From: Microcystis aeruginosa NIES-843
GTDB lineage: Bacteria > Cyanobacteriota > Cyanobacteriia > Cyanobacteriales > Microcystaceae
DNA length: 32,000 nt
Assembly: GCF_000010625.1 (NCBI RefSeq)
Contig: NC_010296.1
Coordinates: forward strand, 5,460,001 to 5,492,000
Direction: 5' to 3'
Part shown: positions 26,669 to 32,000 of the stretch, in pieces
Numbering within the stretch: the stretch's first letter is position 1
How the letters are laid out: each line of letters opens with the position of its first letter
Made by a program: the position numbers and the translations under genes
The notes under the pieces: model-generated
Told to the model about the DNA's origin: nothing
Database searches by the model: none
The model's input: only the letters and a program-made list of their open reading frames with translations

Positions 26669-29134
26669 TTATTCGATCACGGGAGCGATTAACTCGCGTC
26701 TTTCCCCCGAAATAACTTTCACCTTACCTTCCTCATCGATATCGACCATAGCCGTATCCCCATCAGAAACCCGTCCGGAGAGAATTTCCTCAGCCAGAAC
26801 ATCTTCCAACAGACGCATAATCGCACGACGTAAGGGACGAGCGCCGTAGGCCGGATTATAACCTTCCTCGATCAAGCGTTCTTTAAACTTATCGGTGACA
26901 GACAAAGTAATATTTTGTTCTGTCAGACGTTTAAACACATCCTTGAGCAGGATTTCGGCGATTTCCTTGACTTCTTCCTTATTGAGTTGACGGAAGACAA
27001 TAATCTCATCGAGACGGTTGAGGAATTCCGGACGGAAATATTGTTTTAATTCCTCATTAACCAGCGATCGAATGCGATTATACTGGGCCTCGGCTTGATT
27101 ATCGGCAAACTCGAAACCTAAACCACCGCCACCCTTCTCGATGACTTTAGAACCGATGTTCGAGGTCATGATCAACAGGGTATTTTTAAAGTCCACCGTG
27201 CGACCTTTGGCATCGGTCAAACGTCCATCTTCAAGGATTTGCAGAAGCATATTGAAGACATCGGGGTGAGCTTTTTCGATTTCGTCGAATAGCACCACCG
27301 TATAAGGACGACGACGCACCGCTTCCGTTAATTGTCCCCCTTCGTTGTAACCAACATAACCCGGAGGCGAACCGATTAACTTAGAAACCGTGTGCCGTTC
27401 CATGTATTCCGACATATCGAGACGGATCATCGCATCTTCGGAACCAAAGAAATAAGCGGCCAGAGCTTTAGTTAACTCGGTTTTACCTACCCCCGTTGGA
27501 CCGGAGAAGATAAAGGAAGCAATGGGACGGTTGGGATTTTTCAGACCGACGCGAGCGCGACGAATGGCGCGAGACACCGCTTTAACTGCGTCCTCTTGAC
27601 CGATGAGACGCTGATGCAGGGTATCTTCCATGTGCAGCAGTTTCTCGGATTCGGTTTCGGTCAGTTTGTTGACGGGAACCCCAGTCCAAGAAGCGACGAT
27701 GTGAGCGATTTCCTCGGCATCCACAAAGGGTTCATCGTTGCCATCTTCGCCTTTTTTGGTGGAAGCGAGATTCCGGATCTGGGTTTTGATTTCCATTTCC
27801 CGATCGCGCAATTCCCCAGCTTTCTCGAAGTCTTGACCGCGCACCGCATCATCTTTTTGTTTGAGAATTTGCCGCAGTTCTTTATCTAATTCCTTGGCTG
27901 CTGGGGGCAATTGGGAATTAATCAAGCGCACTCTCGAACCAGCTTCATCGATTAAATCGATCGCCTTGTCCGGTAAAAAGCGATCGCTAATGTAGCGATC
28001 GGACAATTTCGCCGCCGCTTCCAGGGCCTCATCTAAGATTTTTAGTTTGTGGTGCTGTTCGTAGCGTTCCCGGAGACCGTAGAGAATTTCGATCGTTTCT
28101 TCTACGGAGGGTTCACCGACCATAACCGGTTGAAAACGTCTTTCTAGAGCCGCATCCCGTTCGATATGTTTGCGGTACTCATCCAAGGTCGTCGCCCCGA
28201 TACATTGTAGTTCTCCTCGGGCCAAAGCCGGTTTGAGAATATTGGCCGCATCGATCGCCCCTTCGGCTGCCCCGGCACCGATGAGAGTATGAACTTCATC
28301 GATAACAAGGACGACGTTACCCGCTTGGCGAATTTCGTCCATGATTTTTTTGAGGCGTTCCTCAAATTCGCCGCGATATTTGGTTCCTGCCACTAACAAG
28401 CCGATATCGAGGGTGACAACCCGTTTTTCTTCGAGAATGTCGGGAATATCCTTGTTAGCGATGCGTTGGGCCAATCCTTCTGCGATCGCTGTTTTACCTA
28501 CCCCCGGTTCCCCGATCAGGACGGGGTTATTTTTGGTACGACGACCGAGAATTTGGATAACGCGCTCGATTTCCTTTTGTCGGCCGACCACGGGATCGAG
28601 TTTACCCTCGCTGGCCATTTGGGTGAGATTGGAACCGAATTCGTCAAGAGTGGGGGTTTTGGTGCGACCTTGGGAAGATGAACCGGCGGCCACTTCGGCG
28701 GTTTCCCCTAACATTCTGATCACTTGGGTGCGAACTTTCGAGAGATCCACGCCGAGATTTTCCAGAACCCTAGCGGCCACACCTTCCCCTTCGCGAATTA
28801 GTCCTAAAAGGAGGTGTTCTGTGCCAATATAGTTATGGCCCAGTTGACGGGCTTCTTCGAGGGAGAGTTCTAAAACTCGTTTGGCTCTGGGGGTGAAGGG
28901 AATTTCCACGGCTACGAATCCGGAACCGCGACCGATGATTTTCTCCACCTCCACGCGCGCATCTCTGAGATTGACACCCATGGACTTGAGGACTTTGGCG
29001 GCAACTCCCGTTCCCTCTCCAATTAGTCCTAGTAAAATCTGCTCTGTTCCCACGAAGTTATGGCCAAGGCGGCGGGCTTCTTCTTGGGCGAGCATGATTA
29101 CTTTAATGGCTTTTTCCGTAAATCTTTCAAACAT
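26669..29134 (-). CDS. clpC: ATP-dependent Clp protease ATP-binding subunit ClpC (821 aa)
   Basis: [41 protein letters not shown] marks the double Clp-N repeat. There are two AAA+ modules (GEPGVGKTA and GPTGVGKTE), a UVR-like linker, and GARPLRRAI near the C-terminus. Confidence 0.97.
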   Translation of the reverse strand: MFERFTEKAIKVIMLAQEEARRLGHNFVGTEQILLGLIGEGTGVAAKVLKSMGVNLRDARVEVEKIIGRGSGFVAVEIPFTPRAKRVLELSLEEARQLGHNYIGTEHLLLGLIREGEGVAARVLENLGVDLSKVRTQVIRMLGETAEVAAGSSSQGRTKTPTLDEFGSNLTQMASEGKLDPVVGRQKEIERVIQILGRRTKNNPVLIGEPGVGKTAIAEGLAQRIANKDIPDILEEKRVVTLDIGLLVAGTKYRGEFEERLKKIMDEIRQAGNVVLVIDEVHTLIGAGAAEGAIDAANILKPALARGELQCIGATTLDEYRKHIERDAALERRFQPVMVGEPSVEETIEILYGLRERYEQHHKLKILDEALEAAAKLSDRYISDRFLPDKAIDLIDEAGSRVRLINSQLPPAAKELDKELRQILKQKDDAVRGQDFEKAGELRDREMEIKTQIRNLASTKKGEDGNDEPFVDAEEIAHIVASWTGVPVNKLTETESEKLLHMEDTLHQRLIGQEDAVKAVSRAIRRARVGLKNPNRPIASFIFSGPTGVGKTELTKALAAYFFGSEDAMIRLDMSEYMERHTVSKLIGSPPGYVGYNEGGQLTEAVRRRPYTVVLFDEIEKAHPDVFNMLLQILEDGRLTDAKGRTVDFKNTLLIMTSNIGSKVIEKGGGGLGFEFADNQAEAQYNRIRSLVNEELKQYFRPEFLNRLDEIIVFRQLNKEEVKEIAEILLKDVFKRLTEQNITLSVTDKFKERLIEEGYNPAYGARPLRRAIMRLLEDVLAEEILSGRVSDGDTAMVDIDEEGKVKVISGERRELIAPVIE

Positions 29135-29598
29135 AGCCTATCCATCACCTACACAAGCGACCCTAGATATGCTGATTTTAGCACGGCTTTTTAGTTTAGC
29201 CCTCTTTCAGTGATCAGTTATTGGGGAGCGGCTATTAGTTATAGTGGTTGTAGCTCTGAAGATTTTTTCTGGGGTCAATCGGTCTCAGCTGACTTGCGGA
29301 GATGCCCGGAATCTCCCGGATTATGGTTTTAGCCCCCTGGAAACCTGCTGATAAGTTGTTCACCGTTGCATAATCCCCTAGGGTCGTGGTCATCCCCATC
29401 CCTCGATCGATAGTCAAGCGATCGCCCATTTTCAGACCAAAACTCGAAGTATAAGCAGATTAAATATTACTACCTATTGACAAATGATTATATATGTTGT
29501 ACGTCGGGGTGATATACAGAAAGTTGACCCCTATCGTTGCTCTGGACAGTGTTATGCAGAAAGTTTTCGTATAATATGTAGTTATACCGATTAGAGCC

Positions 29599-30375
29599 AT
29601 GACCAGACAAAGCCAAAAACTTTACGAGCTAAACGTAGTCAAGCTATTTCGTGATGCAGGAGGATTGAGCCACTACGCAGAACTTCAACACGTGCCAGAT
29701 CACCTGGAAAGACCCGATATCATAGCAAGAATTGATTCTATTACGATTGGAATCGAAATCAGGAATCTATTCAATGACGAGAAAGAGGGGTCTGGCAGCC
29801 GCGACTGTAAGCGTCGTGGCATATATGAATCTGTAGTTAAAACTTGTTCCCATATTCATTCAAGGCGTAGCGACAAATGGATTGATGTCCAGGTATCCTT
29901 TAGCAGTTATGTTGATGCTGACCTGATCGCAAGGCGAGAAAGAAAAATAGCTGAGATGCTAGTGAAATTGGTTGAGAAGTATGATCCTAAAATTGGAGAT
30001 TATTTCACCTTGCGTGCTGAAAAGTTGTGGGGGCCGGATTGGCCTGAAGAAATCGACTTTGTTCGCGTAATGCGACTTGAAGGGGATGACCCCCCTCATT
30101 GGAGTTACACAGATAGCTTTTGGGTGGGTGAAACAACAGACGAACTAATACAGAATGCACTTGACGACAAAGAACCAAATGTTCTGAAATGGCGTGATGG
30201 ATTTGATGAGGCATTGCTTTTACTTGTCTTAGATGGCAGCGTCGGCGCAAGTATGCTTCGCCCGCATGAGCAGTTGATGAATAATGAGTATCTAAGCTCT
30301 TTTGATCGAGCCTGCGTCATGGAGTTCGATGGGAAGAGTTACAGAGAACTGCGTCTGCGAAGAGCTAAGGTATAA
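29599..30375 (+). CDS. Hypothetical protein (258 aa) with a possible PD-(D/E)xK-like N-terminal motif
   Basis: It is the only long ORF in 29.2-30.9 kb. The arrangement ERPDIIARIDSITIGIEIRNL (D-x13-E-x-R) resembles a restriction-endonuclease-fold core. A TATAAT lies at about 29571-29576. The family is unknown to me. Confidence 0.5.
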   Translation: MTRQSQKLYELNVVKLFRDAGGLSHYAELQHVPDHLERPDIIARIDSITIGIEIRNLFNDEKEGSGSRDCKRRGIYESVVKTCSHIHSRRSDKWIDVQVSFSSYVDADLIARRERKIAEMLVKLVEKYDPKIGDYFTLRAEKLWGPDWPEEIDFVRVMRLEGDDPPHWSYTDSFWVGETTDELIQNALDDKEPNVLKWRDGFDEALLLLVLDGSVGASMLRPHEQLMNNEYLSSFDRACVMEFDGKSYRELRLRRAKV

Positions 30376-30949
30376 CGCAGTGCGATGTCAAAGGCACTTC
30401 GTAGTACGATCTCCGATCTTGTAGGGTGCGTTCCCTGATGTGACTCCTACTGCTCCAGCGATCGATTTTAAGGAACGCACCATGCACAACTATCCCCCAA
30501 TAGCGATCGCTAAATAACTGGACTTCCCTCGTATAAACATACTAGCTATGGCTAAAAGTCTTACAGAGCCTGAGTTAAAGCAATAAAATACTAATGAACT
30601 ACTGAACACAAAATCCTGAAGTTCTTACGCAGATAGGGTTTGAGGCAAAAATTTTCAAATTTGACCTTTAGACCATTATAGCTTGTTTCGGGGCAGAAAA
30701 CCAGCAAAAACATGGCTACAGAGGGAATCCCTTACTCTAGAGATTAATGACACTATCTGTTAAAATCAGGTTAGCGATAACTATACAGCCAACTCTACGG
30801 AATCGCTCTACTCCAGATACAGTCAACGGTACAGCCATTTTCAAGTAAAAAATGTACCCAGTAGCCTCTTTTCAATTTTTTCTTAGAAGCGACCTGCAGT
30901 AAGGGTTTTGTTAATTTTTTAGTATTTATGTATGGGGGGGAGTCCAGAT

Positions 30950-31105
30950 ATGAAACGTGCTGTCAAGCGGATCGGTAGGATTCTTGGAGTCCTAGTTATC
31001 GTAGTATTTTCGGCGTTTATCTGGTTTATGAAACGTGCTGTCAAGTGGATCTGTAGGATTCTTGGAGTCCTAGTTATCGTAGTATTTTCGGCGTTTATCT
31101 GGTTC
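30950..31105 (+). repeat. 78-bp tandem duplication (2 copies, 75/78 identical)
   Basis: Unit 1 is 30950-31027 and unit 2 is 31028-31105. The differences are C/T, G/T and T/C. Each unit starts with ATG. Confidence 0.95.
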
Positions 31106-31501
31106 GTCTACAGCTTCTATAAGGCACTTGAGCCCATTGAGTCCATTGATAAGTATCAGGAAGTATTGGCTGTTTGGAGGGGTAGCGGACTAGTTGATCA
31201 CTTCCCCAGTTCTGTGCCAGCGTCCGCTCGCAACGTGAAGTTCTCTTCGTTTCCTGGACACTTGCAGGGAGGAGGCTATGTTCAGATAAGAATGGAACTT
31301 CCCAAAGCAGAGGTGAAGAAGCTGTTCGAGCACGCAACAAACACTGCCAAACAATATTATAAAGATGGTGGGAACTTCAAGGATAGATTGCCCAGCACCA
31401 GTCCACACACGCTTGGCAAAGATGAACGGGACGCATCCAAATTCCCAGACGACTACAGGATTTTCATCGGAAATTTTGGGTCTGAAACCCCGCCGTTCTA
31501 G
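30950..31501 (+). CDS. Hypothetical membrane protein; the N-terminal TM-helix module is duplicated in tandem
   Basis: MKRAVKRIGRILGVLVIVVFSAFIWF and MKRAVKWICRILGVLVIVVFSAFIWF are followed by a ~130-aa soluble domain. The ATGs at 30932, 30950 and 31028 are all in frame, so the true start is unresolved. Confidence 0.5.
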   Translation: MKRAVKRIGRILGVLVIVVFSAFIWFMKRAVKWICRILGVLVIVVFSAFIWFVYSFYKALEPIESIDKYQEVLAVWRGSGLVDHFPSSVPASARNVKFSSFPGHLQGGGYVQIRMELPKAEVKKLFEHATNTAKQYYKDGGNFKDRLPSTSPHTLGKDERDASKFPDDYRIFIGNFGSETPPF

Positions 31502-32000
31502 GTTGGCTTTACGTTAGAATTAAAAGGCCAGTCTCGAAAACCAAGTGGACGGCGCAGCACCTTGAAAACTCGGCTTAGGGGGTTCCGACCAGAAAAGCTT
31601 GGCCGGGTAAAAAGTCGCGCGCAACAAGTACAAGAAGCGTTTAGCTGGAAACGTACCGTGGGACACACGGAATCGGGCTTCTGAAATGGGGCGAAAGTCT
31701 GTGGACTCTGTGTAAGACAGTACATGGTTTTTTAACTGTGGTATGCGACGGTGGTGGAAGCAGAAACTTAAATCGTGAGGTTTAGGAATCGCCGCACTTT
31801 TAGGGCGGCGAGGATGTCAACTTTCATGCGGAACCCTACAAGAAGGGATCAGGCCATGACTGGAACCATGGGGAGAGCCAGGGCATGGTAGTGAGCCTCC
31901 AACGAAACGAAGTCCTCTACTATGCCGAGAGCTGGTAACAAACAAAAGAGGCGAACAAGACGCTCCATCCAACGGCGGGCAACGTCCCTCTTTGAATTCG
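31502..32000 (+). other. G/C-richer, ORF-poor, hairpin-dense region running off the window; candidate 5' portion of a structured RNA or retroelement (group II intron-like)
   Basis: No credible ORF exists on either strand; the 75-aa minus-strand ORF looks spurious. Local hairpins include GGC-GAAA-GUC at 31690-31699, CUGU-GUAAG-ACAG at 31708-31720, UCGCCGC-N9-GCGGCGA at 31789-31811 and ACCAUG-N13-CAUGGU at 31865-31889. AACGAAACGAAG at 31901-31912 and ATGCCGAGAG at 31922-31931 resemble a stretch I recall from domain I of Ll.LtrB. No GUGYG 5' end was found. Confidence 0.3.

Noticed and set aside
27596-29213. Multiple ORFs antisense to, or out of frame within, clpC (27596-27889, 27661-27852, 28144-28365, 28341-28832, 28466-28681, 28881-29213)
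   Set aside because: clpC is unambiguous over the entire span. These are frame shadows in a relatively GC-rich gene.
29235-29429. 64-aa ORF upstream of clpC on the same strand
   Set aside because: It has no recognisable family or RBS and lies in the probable clpC 5' UTR or promoter. I cannot support it as a gene, though a leader peptide is not excluded.
30423-30433. AGGGTGCG string resembling the IS1634 terminal repeat (AGGGTGCGGAATGTGGG)
   Set aside because: Only 8 nt match and the continuation diverges. This is compatible with chance.
31498-31725. 75-aa minus-strand ORF and the other short ORFs at 31095-31408 (-)
   Set aside because: They are antisense to the membrane-protein gene or lie within the hairpin-dense region. 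They are Cys-, Arg- and Pro-rich with no RBS.
31489-31978. 9-bp inverted repeat CCCGCCGTT / AACGGCGGG flanking the structured region (possible retron a1/a2 or element ends)
   Set aside because: A 9-mer match within a 500 x 500 nt comparison is expected about once by chance, and it does not extend.

Overview
This window is a cyanobacterial chromosome segment. Supporting evidence: at least 8 HIP1 GCGATCGC palindromes, psaC, an Hlip gene, and a cyanobacterial-type hfq next to dapF. The IS load and the C6/G6 palindromic repeats resemble Microcystis, but the genus is only inference. Layout, left to right: (1) the 5' end of acs (-) and psaC (+). (2) A 7-kb insertion-sequence stack at 1393-8366. An ISAs1-like element is split by an IS1634-like element, which itself carries a second inverted copy of itself, a 182-bp MITE and a 1.2-kb ISKra4-like IS. 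All junctions and target-site duplications are readable. (3) A housekeeping block: Uma2-type nuclease, ABC ATPase, class-II amidotransferase, an IS50/Tn5-like IS4 element, thrC, hisB, a proline-rich TonB-like protein, a hypothetical, hli, dapF and hfq. (4) An envelope-glycosylation cluster at 19.5-26.2 kb: a membrane-anchored GT2, two methyltransferase+GT2 pairs, a GtrA-like protein and a convergent GT-C-like membrane protein. It carries two recombination scars: a 205-bp GT2 3'-end fragment fused out of frame, and a 43-bp exact copy of an internal clpC segment. (5) clpC. (6) An accessory-looking right end: an orphan nuclease-like ORF, a 556-bp ORF-free spacer, a membrane protein with a 78-bp tandem duplication of its TM-coding 5' end, and a G/C-richer, hairpin-dense, ORF-poor 500 bp that runs off the window and looks like the 5' part of a structured RNA or retroelement (group II intron-like; unverified). 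No rRNA, tRNA or CRISPR array was seen. I cannot demonstrate a clearly novel multi-gene system from sequence alone. The best leads are the right-end segment, the clpC fragment, and the dispersed repeat families that act as IS landing pads or abut stop codons.
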